Part shown: positions 13,620 to 24,133 of the stretch, piece by piece
How the letters are laid out: each line of letters opens with the position of its first letter
Numbering within the stretch: the first letter of the stretch is position 1
Assembly (NCBI RefSeq): GCF_018350175.1
Contig: NC_058383.1
Location: 21,330,001-21,394,000, forward strand
Source of the DNA: Felis catus
Lineage: Eukaryota
DNA: 64,000 nucleotides
Reading direction: 5' to 3'
Made by a program: the position numbers and the translations under genes
Notes under the pieces: model-generated
Told to the model about the DNA's origin: nothing
The model's database searches: none
What the model saw: the letters and a program-made list of their open reading frames with translations, nothing else

Positions 13620-14990
13620 AAGGCGTCAACAGCTCCTTCTAGCACCACAGTGGCGGGTGGGGAGGAGGAGCGGGGACTCTGGGCCAGGACCGCACCCCCC
13701 CCCCCCCCCCCCCCCGTTCACGGTCAGCCACACCAAATTTTCCCAGAGCGTGCGACAGTAGGACCCCCAGACGACAGGGTGTTCCCGCGCCACCCCTGGG
13801 GCCCTGATTGGAGCTGTTTAGACGGTCCCGCAGCGGGGCACAGACGGGGCGCCCCCGCAACACCCTTGGGACTTGAGAGGGTGCTCCCGTAGCGAGGGAC
13901 AAAAGGGGCGCCCCCGCGACACGCTTGGGAGCCTGAAGGGGGCTGCCCAGGTGTTCCCGCAGCGGTGGACAGAAAGGGCGCCCCCACGACACTCTTGGGG
14001 GCCTGGACACGTTCGCCCAGACGCTCCTGCAGGAGGGGTTGGCGCCCAAGCCCCCCGGCGAAGGGTACCAGCAGAGCAACCCCAAACGCGTCCCATCCCT
14101 CTGCCACAGACCCCTCCGCCAGGCAAAGGAGTCCCCCGTCTCTCTCCCTTTTCCGCCGCAGAACGACCTTTGCACCCCCTCCCCAATAGTGTGCCTTCAC
14201 CTCAGAGACGTCTCCCCGCCTCCCAGATCCACCGCTGAGGAACACCCCCCTTTTCCAGGCAGTTCCACCGTCTCCCGCAAAATGTCTGCTCGGCCCCCGA
14301 CTGTGTCCCTCCGCTCCCGGGCAGTTTCTCCGCGCCCCCCTCATTCCTGAAGTCCCTCAGCGGCGAGTCGCTACGCTGCGCGCTCTCGCGAGAGTCCACC
14401 ACGCAGCCCTCTCCCCCAGCCCCTCGCCCGCGAGGTAGCCTCCCCGGACCCCGCGGCGCGCGGTCGCGGGCGGCGCATGCGTGGCCGCCGCTCCCAGCGC
14501 CCCCCGCGCAGTCCGCGGGCGGAGCGGAGCAGGCCGTGCGCGCCGGGCCGACAGCCGCCCCCCGCGAAGCTTCGCTGGGTCCCCGCGGCTTCTCTCCCCT
14601 CAGGGGCGGAACCACCTCGCGGCCTTTCCTCGGCGTGCGGAGGTTTCCTGAGGACGGCCGGGACCGATTTGGGCCCGGAAGAGCCCGGCGCTGGCGTCGA
14701 ACGCCGCTGGCCTCACCGGCTCCCGCAGCGGCCTGGGAGCGCCGCGGGGCTGAGCCCCGAACCCCGATATCCCCGGGCCGGGCGGGGCCTGCACATCCGG
14801 CCCCACCCACCCGGGGTCTCGCCTCCGCAGAGCCCAGCCCCCTCCCGGCCCGGGCGGCCGCCCCCGCCCACCCTTGCTTCAGTTCCCCAGATTTTCTCCC
14901 AATCCCCTGCCCTGGGTCTTGGACACTGCACTAAAGAGATGCACCCCGGAAAACCCCATCTTCTTTGGAGGAGAGGCCGGGTTTGGGACC
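13620..14990. promoter_or_regulatory. CpG-island promoter of ZKSCAN2 (probably bidirectional)
   Basis: Very high GC and CpG density directly upstream of the ATG; GC boxes; palindrome CTCTCGCGAGAG at 14383-14394; NRF1-like GCGCATGCGT at 14473-14482; ATTGG near 13807. Confidence 0.9.
13826..14000. repeat. Degenerate GC-rich tandem repeat (3 units)
   Basis: Core TCCCGYAGCG..ACA.A.GGGCGCCCCCRCRACAC.CTTGGG starting at 13826, 13885 and 13955. Confidence 0.8.
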
Positions 14991-15190
14991 TTAGGGTACA
15001 CATTCACCATTTCAAGCGCCTAGGATAGATTTGATTAATGAGCCTGGGGTACCCTGTTCCTGCTGACACTGCCGTTTTTCACGTCCCTAGCCTCCCACAC
15101 TTCCAAAATCATTAAGCAGGGAGCGTTCCGAGGATTGGGTTATTTGCGTCTACTTTGAGCTAGACGTGAGGTTGACCCCGGGGTTAGAGC

Positions 15191-15595
15191 ATGGATGCAT
15201 CCCTGGACCCTCAGATGGACGCACCCCTGGAGGTTGAGGGATGCTTAATAATGAAGGTAGAAAAGGATCCCGAGTGGGCATCGGAGCCCACTCTGGAAGG
15301 ATCGGAGAGCTCTGAGTCTGAGACCTTTCGCAAATGCTTCAGGCAATTCTGTTACGAGGATGTGACTGGACCCCATGAAGCTTTCAGTAAACTCTGGGAA
15401 CTTTGCTGCCGGTGGCTGAAGCCCGAAATGCGTTCCAAGGAGCAGATCCTTGAGCTGCTGGTGATTGAACAGTTTCTCACCATTTTGCCCGAGAAGATTC
15501 AGGCGTGGGCTCAGAAACAGTGTCCGGAAAGTGGAGAGGAGGCGGTGGCCCTGGTAATACATTTGGAGAAAGAGACTGGAAGACTAAGACAGCAG
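15191..15595 (+). CDS. ZKSCAN2: ZKSCAN2 coding exon 1 (SCAN domain)
   Basis: ATG in strong context (agcATGg); translation [47 protein letters not shown] is a SCAN box; donor CAG|GTGAG at 15596; 405 nt, phase 0. Confidence 0.96.
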
Positions 15596-15950
15596 GTGAG
15601 AGAGGATTTTCCAAATTGTTTTTAGAACGAAGGGGATGGCTAAGGCAGGGGGGCCGGGGTGCCCTGCAAATAGGGCTTATTATGCAGGGATAAATGGTAC
15701 TGAGAGACTTCTAAAGCGAATCAATTTGAAAGAGGACCAGAATTTCATATTAAACAGAAAAAAAAAAACTTGGTTAAAATATTATTTTGCAAAGGAAGCT
15801 AAACATTATACATCTAAGTGTTTGTATAAATCTCTGGCATTATCGTTCCCCAAAAAAATTATATAAGGGAACACCACGTTATGCTTTGCAGGGTTGGACT
15901 TTTGTAGTTTGATCCTAAAGAGGGCTATTTTTGCAACAACAACAACAACC

Positions 15951-15984
<34 letters not shown>

Positions 15985-16666
15985 TGAAAGGAAAAAAGAA
16001 AGGACGGACTTCATCAGTTATCCCAGGGCTCTCTCTAGTCCTTTAATATTTCAATGTGTGTTTTCCAAAGTGCCCTCAATGCCACCATCCTTGTCACTCT
16101 TGTCTAGCTTAACTGCCAGATCTTTGTTTGTCGGTGGCATTTCATGGTCTTCTAGTCATTTTCAAGAGCCTTTTCATTAACCTCATGAAATCCTGCAAGA
16201 TTTGCAAGACTTGCAGTTTCACCTTGCACGGGATTTGCATTGTATAAAGACCTGCCTATCAGGCTGCTGTGTTGGTCAGGCATAGACACTACATGTGGAA
16301 ATTAATTTTCTGTTTTCAGTTCACTAGTGAATTTATTTCTGTTCTGATAGCTTTCGCTTCTCTGTGAACCTAATAGATGTGAGAACTCCATATCTATGCT
16401 AATAACAAGGAGGCTCTGTATTTTACTCCTGCTAGATTTCCCCCCTCTGTATACTAATAAAGAGCACTCTCCTGCTCCCTTTCGCCTAGACTCCTGGACA
16501 GTACTGTTCACCCAATGCCCTTGGAGGCTCCATTGTGAATGGAGTGAAATTTTCGTTCCTTCTCACATCTTCTTTCCTTCTTTGATGTCTTCCTGGGGGA
16601 AATTTGGTCCTCTTTGGGCCCTGTTTTCCTCCCTCTTTCGATTATGGCATTGGTTTTATTTCCCAG

Positions 16667-16853
16667 GTGAGCAGTCCTGTGCACTCAGAGAAGCAGGTAC
16701 CACTGGGAGCAGCATGGGAGGTAACGGACTTTCAGCCAGAGCAGGTGGAGACCCAACCCAGACTGGTGTCTCTGGAGGAAGCTGGAAGCCTCCGCTCAGG
16801 ACGGGAGGAGCAGCTGAACTGGAAGAGAGAGCATCGGCCCTTACCCAAGAATG
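16667..16853 (+). CDS. ZKSCAN2: ZKSCAN2 coding exon 2 (linker)
   Basis: Acceptor ttttatttcccAG|GTGAGC; VSSPVHSEKQ...PLPKN; donor G|GTGAG at 16854; 187 nt, phase 0 to 1. Confidence 0.92.
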
Positions 16854-17240
16854 GTGAGAAGGACTCAGAGCATGCCCAGAGCAGAGACCATGGCAGATTT
16901 ATTTTCTAGCCATAACACTGTGACTGGTTCAGACTAGGATCCCCTCAGTACATATTTGAGAATAAATTAAATATTTGGGGAGCAAGACTTCATCAGCTTC
17001 AGGAGTTGGGAACACATGCAGCATAAGTAAAAGCCCTCATAGGGATGGACTCTGGGAAAACTTGGCTTTCCCAGACTGGCCTCGAGGTCTTGCAGTGTAA
17101 CTTAAGAATCTCCTTTCTGTAATCAGCTTGTGTTTTTCAGTCCTGCTGTGTGTATATGTGTATATGTTCTTGGCTGGCTATAAACAACTTTCAAAACTGT
17201 TTGGAAAGGGAAACAAGATATTTACTTTTTAAAAATTCCA

Positions 17241-17450
17241 GGGGCACTTGGGTGGCTCAGTCGGTTAAGCAAGCATCTGACTTCAGCTCAGGTCATGATA
17301 TCACAGTCCGTGGGTTCAAGCCCCGCATTGGGCTCTGCTCTGACAGCTCGGAGCCTGGAGCCTGCTTCGGATTCTGTGTCTCCCTCTCTCTCTGCCTCTC
17401 CCCTGCTCACATTCTGTCTCTGTTGCTCTCAAAAATAAGTAAACATAATT
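17241..17450 (+). mobile_element. SINEC in ZKSCAN2 intron 2
   Basis: ggggcacttgggtggctcagtcgg head through tail. Confidence 0.93.
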
Positions 17451-17749
17451 TTTTTTTTAATTACAAGTGAGGCACCCCAGAAGTGGCATATGAGAGAGGT
17501 AAACAGTAAGGTTTCATAGACAAGGGAACACAGGTTTCATAGCCACCCTGGGCATTAATAAGTCAAGTAGAAGGAAATTAAACACCCTGTCTTTCCCCGT
17601 CCACTGTAATCTCACCATCCCTGTAGTCTGGTATCAGGCCGAAAGAGAGGAATGGAAAGATCACTGAACCTACAGTAGGAGGCTTGGCTTTATATCTTCT
17701 TGTCTCTGCACCTGTCTCCATCTGTCCTCGGGCAAGTAATACGGAAGGG

Positions 17750-17975
17750 CACATTAATGCATAGAGGTGAAGCGATTAGGCTTTAGAGGAAGACAACCCG
17801 ACTCAAAACCTAGCTCTGCCATTCTTTATCTGTGTGGCCTTGGTCAGGTTACTAAGCTTCTCAAACTTTCCATTCTGTCATTTGTAAAAGGAAAATAATA
17901 AGGTGGTTAGTGTAGGTTAAATGAGGCAACGTAAACAGACCAGTACATAGTGGTGCTCAGTAAATGTCAGTTTCC
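17750..17975. mobile_element. MIR
   Basis: ctagctctgcc...tgtgtggccttggtcaggttact...gtgctcagtaaatg. Confidence 0.65.
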
Positions 17976-18346
17976 TTTCTCCCGTAATAGCGCAATTATT
18001 TTTAAACTTCAAATCTGTCTGGCTTACACAGTCCCTCACCAAGTGGCAAGATTCACTACTGTGCACCCAACCTCCTTACCTTTCCTAAAATTCACATTGC
18101 GATAGAATTCATTGCAAATGTTAATATTTTCTGAATTTCAAAGTTCACATGGATTACATGTTCTGAGTTACTACTGTAGCTGATAAGCTACAGTAAATTT
18201 ATGGTGTTTCTGGGTTTTGACAGCTCAGGGTGATAATTCACAAAGTGGAAAAGTATGTTCTGGGTTCTGTCGAGGTGCTTACGGGGACAGTGACACTGTG
18301 GTCGTGCTACTCCCCCTGCACACTGCCTCTGTAATAGCTCGCTGCA

Positions 18347-18555
18347 GGGGCGCCTGGGTGGCTCAGTTAGTCAGGAGTCAGACTCTTGATTTCCACTCAG
18401 GTCATGATCTCACGGTTCGTGAGTTTGAGCCCTGCATCAGGCTCTGCGTTGACAGTGCAGAGCCTGCTTGGAGGTCTCTGTCTCCCTCTCTCTCTGCCCC
18501 TCCGCTGCTCACTCTCTCTCTAAATAAATAAGTAAACTTAAAAAAAAATTTTTTT
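18347..18555 (+). mobile_element. SINEC with 15-bp TSD
   Basis: TSD taatagctcgctgca at 18332-18346 and 18556-18570. Confidence 0.95.
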
Positions 18556-19079
18556 TAATAGCTCGCTGCAAAACAAACTCCGAACAATATTTGCTTTTCC
18601 CCCTTTTTTGGTAAAAGTGAAGATCCTTTTTTGGATTTCTTCCGGTTAGCAAAAATAGGTACTGATGTGTGTCTTTTATAAAAGTAAAGTGGCATGACAT
18701 GAACTTTTGAAAAGCAAGGGATACCTGTACTGTGTTTCCAAAGAAGTGGTTCAGTTTGCTTCTTTAGAAAGTGGTGGAACAAGCTTTTGAGTTCTCGACC
18801 ACAGTAAAATCCATTCCGGAAGTTTTCCCTACGTAGTGAGTTGCAGAGTAGAAGTTAGACCACAGACTTTTGAGGGAGTGTATTGTGTGTTTGCCTGTCC
18901 AGGACTGTGTATCTATGTGTGCTAACTTGTTTAGCATATTGAAGCATTGAATGACTTATACTAGAGATTGCAAACTGGTAACTCACATGCCAGGTCAGAC
19001 TTCTTTTGTTTCACCTGCAATGTGTTTTTGGTTTGGGGTTTTATGCATTTGTTTGCTTTTAGTTCTAAGGTTTAAGATT

Positions 19080-19302
19080 GTTTTTTTTTTATTTTTTTTA
19101 ACGTTTATTTATTTTTGAGACAGAGAGAGACAGAGCATGAACAGGGGAGGGGCAGAGAGAGAGGGAGACACAGAATCTGAAACAGGCTCCAGGCTCTGAG
19201 CTGTCAGCACAGAGCCCGACATGGGGCTCGAACTCACGGACCATGAGATCATGACCTGAGCCGAAGTCGGACGCTTAACCGACCAAGCCACCCAGGCGCC
19301 CC
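19080..19302 (-). mobile_element. SINEC, antisense in intron 2
   Basis: Full head and tail; taagatt flanking duplication. Confidence 0.95.
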
Positions 19303-19317
19303 TAAGATTTTTTAAAA

Positions 19318-19488
19318 ATATTTATTTACCTTTGAGAGAGAGAGAGTACGCATGCACCCATGTGTGCAAGCCAGGGAGGGAGAGAGAGGGAGAAGGAGAC
19401 AGAGGATCCGAAGCAGGGCTCAGACTCATAAACCATGAGATCATGACCTGAGCTGAAGTTGGATGCTTAACCAATTGAGCCTCCCAGG
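19318..19488 (-). mobile_element. Older, partially deleted SINEC
   Basis: gagatcatgacctgagctgaagttggatgcttaacc. Confidence 0.8.
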
Positions 19489-19799
19489 TTTAAGGTTTTT
19501 GAGATTTCATAGAAAAGTCCAGATTTCTGGCTTCTCCTGAAAACTATTAGAAGTTCTGACTATCACAGTGAAGCATCAACTGGGACTGGGCATTGGCCAC
19601 ACCTTTTCAGTGGTGTACGTGCTCTCCAGGTCCCCCATTCCTTACCTGGCCCCTTTCATAATCTACTTTGCCTGCTAACTCCCTGAAAGCGTTCGCATCT
19701 GTGAGCCCTGCTTTAGGGTACCCTGGTTTCGGGCATTTGTTCTGAACTCACTGATGAAATGATCAATTTCTATTTACTGGGTTTTTTTTTTGTTTGTTT

Positions 19800-19866
19800 T
19801 ATATATATATGTGTGTGTGTGTGTGTGTATACATACGTATATATATACGTATATGTGTCATATATA

Positions 19867-19897
<31 letters not shown>

Positions 19898-19933
19898 GTA
19901 TGTATATATATGTACACATACACACACACACAC
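19800..19933 (+). repeat. Compound (TA)n/(TG)n/(CA)n microsatellite
   Basis: Alternating purine-pyrimidine tract ending ~80 nt upstream of exon 3. Confidence 0.95.
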
Positions 19934-20013
19934 GTTCGTTTCTTAAAAGGAGAAGCTGCACGAATTAAAGGGCCGGAGCCCAGAACCCTGATTGTTTCTC
20001 TCTCTTCTTACAG

Positions 20014-20105
20014 CTCGGCCTTCTCTCTGGCTTCCTGTCCCTGCTACTGAATGGAACAACATAGGTCAGGAAGGAACAACCACACCACTACCTGTTGTGT
20101 CTCAG
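20014..20105 (+). CDS. ZKSCAN2: ZKSCAN2 coding exon 3
   Basis: Acceptor tctcttcttacAG; (A)RPSLWLPVPATEWNN...VVSQ; donor CAG|GTAAA; 92 nt, phase 1 to 0. Confidence 0.9.
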
Positions 20106-20457
20106 GTAAATTGTAGATCTTCTCTCTGCCTTCCTAGAGTATCCAGTCACAAGGACTTCCGTGCCTTCACTGCCCTCAAACTTCTTAGCCCCCTGAAAGA
20201 GACTCCCCCCCCCACCCCCTACCCCCTGCCCCTTTTGCAGAGAAGACCGGACCCAGCCTTCTGAGTAATGAGACTCCTTGCTGGATCATCTGTCTTATGA
20301 TCCTTTATAACATCTGCTTCATCTGGCACATCATACACACTTGGTTCCCTGATTTTAATGCTCCCTTGGGGCCCTCCCTTCTGTGTTTCCTCCACGACCA
20401 TTCACCCTTTAAAGACCCACGTGGTTATCTCGGTAGTCACTGCTGTTGTTGTTACAG

Positions 20458-20584
20458 GGGCCGGTGAAAGATGTCCGCGTGGCGAGAGGCTTTTCCTACA
20501 AAAAGAGCGTACATCAGATTCCCGTTCACAGAGACCTGTACCGGGATATTAGGAAAGAGAGTGCTGGGAACATGGTCTCCCTGG
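20458..20584 (+). CDS. ZKSCAN2: ZKSCAN2 coding exon 4 (degenerate KRAB-A box)
   Basis: 127-nt exon, the typical KRAB-A exon size; GPVKDVRV...RDLYRDIRKESAGNMVSL; donor G|GTAAG; phase 0 to 1. Confidence 0.92.
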
Positions 20585-21786
20585 GTAAGGATTCTTTCCC
20601 TTTGCACATAAAAGATTTGGGGATTTTTTATATCTTTATTTCTACCAATAATACAATAATTAAAATGTCAACACTTAAAGGACCTCCATGCTGTCTAATC
20701 ATTTCTGTGGCCTGGTTTACCAGACCTAGTCCTCTCTTGTCCATGCTGTCTTAACTCAGTCATTCATTCCTCCCTTCCAGTTTAGAATATATGCATATTC
20801 TTCTAACTTAGGGGTGAAGACATTGGCAAGGGGTTATATAGGACTGTCACATTTGTATTACTTAAATATAAGCTTACAGATACCACTAGACTAATAGCAC
20901 CATAAAGTCACAAGGTGTTTGTAAGATTTGTTTTTGTTTAACTGTATCAACCCAACACTTTGCACATAGCTGGACACACGGGTGGGTGCCCAGCAAATAT
21001 TTGTTGGATGGATGGAAATCTTACAAATGAAAGGAAAAAAGTAATTTCAGTACAATTCAACACAATACAATTTCAATACCTTGGTAGTGTGTTGTGAGTT
21101 ATTTGAATAGCATGAATTTACAGGCACAAGTAACCACTGAAGTGTCACTTTACAAACAGACTTCTGAAGGATTATGTCACCTGCATTAGTAGTGGGGACA
21201 AGTACAGTTCATTTATACGTAAGCTGAAAGTCGAAGACAGCTTGTTAATAAAATTACAGGCCCAAAATGTGCACTGATCCACACTAGACACGTTATAGAT
21301 ATGTGTTAATAGGGTAGCGGCTATTTAAATTTGTACAATTAATTAAAATTAAATAAAGTTAAAAGTTTTAGTTCCTCAGGGGCAGTAGTCGCAGTTAAGA
21401 TATTTGATAGCCGTGTTGGAAAGCACAGTTAGAGGTCACTGCTGTCATCACAGAAAGTTCTGTTGGACACACTACCTGTAGACACTGAAGTATAGAGACT
21501 ATAAAATGGACTATATCAAACCGAATAAAAAAGATAACACCAACAGTTGTTTATAATCAGAACGCAACCAAGTCCTCTGAGAATGACCAACGTAGGTTGC
21601 CACACCCTGGTGGCAAAGCAGTCTTCCCGTAGCAGCAGGCACCCAGCGTCCTGCCAGGGTTTCACGCAGGCCTTTCTTGGCGTGACCTTGGAGCGTGCAT
21701 CCAGGCCTTGGAGGGTGCCGTGTGAGAGCCCTGAGTAAAGTGCCACTGGCGGGCTGGGGGTCATCCTCTGAGAATTCAGATTTAGC

Positions 21787-22150
21787 CAGCTGATCCTTGA
21801 ACAAGATAGTTTGAACTCCATGGGTCCACTTCTATGGGGATTTTTTTCGATAAATACAGTCCAGTATCTATCCAAAGTACTCACAGTTAACTTAGTTAAT
21901 GTATTTTCCCTTCCTTAAGATTTTCTTAATAACCTTTTCTTTTGTCTGACTTACTTCATTATGGGAATACAGTATGTAATCTATATAACACACAGAATAC
22001 ATATTAATAGGCTGTTTATGATATCGGTAAGGCTTCCAGTCAACACTAAGCTATTAGTAGTTAAGCTTTGGGGGAGTCAGAAGCTATACACAAATTTTTT
22101 TACTATGGGGCGTTGGTTCCCCCAGCCCCCACTTTGTTCAGGATCAGTGG
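21787..22150. mobile_element. Tigger2a-like non-autonomous TcMar DNA transposon
   Basis: Terminal inverted repeats cagctgatccttgaacaa ... ttgttcaggatcagtg. Confidence 0.7.
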
Positions 22151-22914
22151 TGATTATATGTGGAAAGGCCCAGGCCCGGAGACAGCTGCCCCAATCTTTT
22201 ATCATAGACTGTAAACGGATGACTCATAGGCCGAATCTAGCCTATACACACATTTTGGCCTTGCACAGAGTTTTAATTTAAAATTAGTTTGTAAATCTGG
22301 ATTTCCTGTGTGTCTTGAAAAATCAAACGTCAGGCACCACGGGCCCACCTTCTCACATGGCAACAATCCGCCAGAGCTGAATCAAGGAGCTGGCGCTGAA
22401 CTGCCCCATTTCTCCCTCAGTTGCATTGCCTGCCTGGTCCTTACTGTGGATATTTGAGCTTTCATTATTCCTACACTTCCTGTATCAAGTAAAAATAAAG
22501 AACTCCATCCCCGGGGTTCTTTCAGAAAGGATTTGCTGTGATGCTCCTTCCCTTGAGAATTCCGTGGAGTTTCTGTGTGTATTACCTAGAGGAAGAAAAG
22601 TGAATTTTATTACGATACCTATTGGGCATCGTATACTTCACAGGCGATCATCTACTTAATATCCCCAGCACTTCTGTGAATAGAGGCCATCATTCCCTAG
22701 GAAGCTGAAGCTCAGAGATTGAGAAAGTTCCCCTGGCCCAAGAGTAAAGCAGGTGATGGAGCCAGGGTTCACGTTTAAGACCCGTTACCCGTTGATCTCC
22801 ATAGTGCTGTAATGCAACAGATTGTCGGTATGCTTCCCTGGCCTTCTGTCTCTTCCTATTAACCTTGTCAGATGTATCCACAAATTCTTGCCTTCTTGCC
22901 TGTCCTAGCCCCCC

Positions 22915-22916
<2 letters not shown>

Positions 22917-22965
<49 letters not shown>
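22917..22965 (+). repeat. (TG)n microsatellite
   Basis: About 24 units. Confidence 0.97.
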
Positions 22966-22967
<2 letters not shown>

Positions 22968-23449
22968 GCATGCATGCGTGCATGTGCGGGTTGGGGTGGG
23001 CGTATGTGGTGGGCAGATATGAACACGCTTTGTTTTATAAGTAACAAATACTGGTTAGGAGCAGACACTGAAACTAATACAACGTTAGACACTGAGAGGA
23101 AATCAAAGGTAATAAACTGTATGTTTCTTAACCTTAAAGACTTTCCCTTAAGAACTAGCTGGAGAAAGAGGTGGTGCCTACGTGAGAAATAAAATGATAA
23201 TGTCAGTTCCTAGATGGTTGTGACAAAGAAGAGAGGGGTCAGAATAACTATATACTGCACCGTAAGTAGGAGGAATATCTGTACTACACCCTGTCATGGT
23301 TGAGGAAGTTTCTAAAAGAGAAGGGGGTTGGACAAGACCTTTCAAGGATAGGTGTGAACAGGTGTCCAGGACATCGCGCTATGGCAGCAGATCAGGCTGT
23401 GCGGCTATGGCCTCCGTGTTCAGCATGGAATGTATTTCTCTCCCTGTAG

Positions 23450-24133
23450 GAAGTACCATGTCCGTGTCTAACAAGATTGCCCGGTTGGAGCAAAGAAAGG
23501 AGCCATGGACCCTAGGTGTACACTCTTCTAACAAAAGGAGTATTCTCCGAAGCAACTACATCAAGGAAAAGCCGGTTCACGCGACTCAGATCCCCGCGCG
23601 CAGTGCGGGGCGAATGTGGGGCGAGCAGCAGCACTGGGGTTTGGAAGATGAGAAAATAGCAGGCGTGCACTGGAGCTATGAGGAGACGAAGACGTTCCTC
23701 GCGATTCTCAAGGAGTCTCGCTTTTATGAAACGCTGCAGGCTTGTCCCCGGAACAGCCAGGTGTACGGGGCCGTGGCCGAGTGGCTGCGGGAGTGCGGCT
23801 TCCTCCGGACCCCGGAGCAGTGCCGGACCAAGTTCAAAAGTCTCCAGAAGAGCTACCGGAAGGTGAGAAACGGCCACGTGCTGGAACCCTGTGCCTTCTT
23901 TGAGGACATGGACGCCCTGTTGAACCCCGCAGCCCATGCTTCAGCCGCTGATAAGCCAAAGGAGATTATCTCTCTCCCCAGACTGAAGAGAGTTGATGTC
24001 AATGCTAAAGAACAGACCAGTTTGTTGGAGGAGGAGGAAGCCACAGAGGCGTCCGATGGTGACGAGAGGGGTGTTGCGTTCATCCGGAAGTCCGAGATTC
24101 GTGGCGCCCCTGTCTTGTTCCAGAACCTGAGCG
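23450..24133 (+). CDS. ZKSCAN2: ZKSCAN2 coding exon 5 (KRAB-B-like segment plus Myb/SANT-like domain 1)
   Basis: Acceptor tttctctccctgtAG; IARLEQRKEPW then [13 protein letters not shown]...[17 protein letters not shown]; donor G|GTAAG; 684 nt, phase 1-1. Confidence 0.95.

Noticed and set aside
13826..14000. Repeat-spacer pattern as a CRISPR array or CTCF array
   Set aside because: Mammalian DNA, degenerate repeats, no cas genes; GCGCCCCC is not followed by the TRGTGG half of the CTCF motif
13513..15028. Many long overlapping ORFs (up to 206 aa) on both strands
   Set aside because: Pro/Arg/Gly/Ala-rich products expected from stop-codon scarcity in a CpG island; no recognisable domain
23296..23449. 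N-terminal extension of the 292-aa ORF before exon 5
   Set aside because: Lies upstream of a good acceptor at 23449; intronic read-through of the frame
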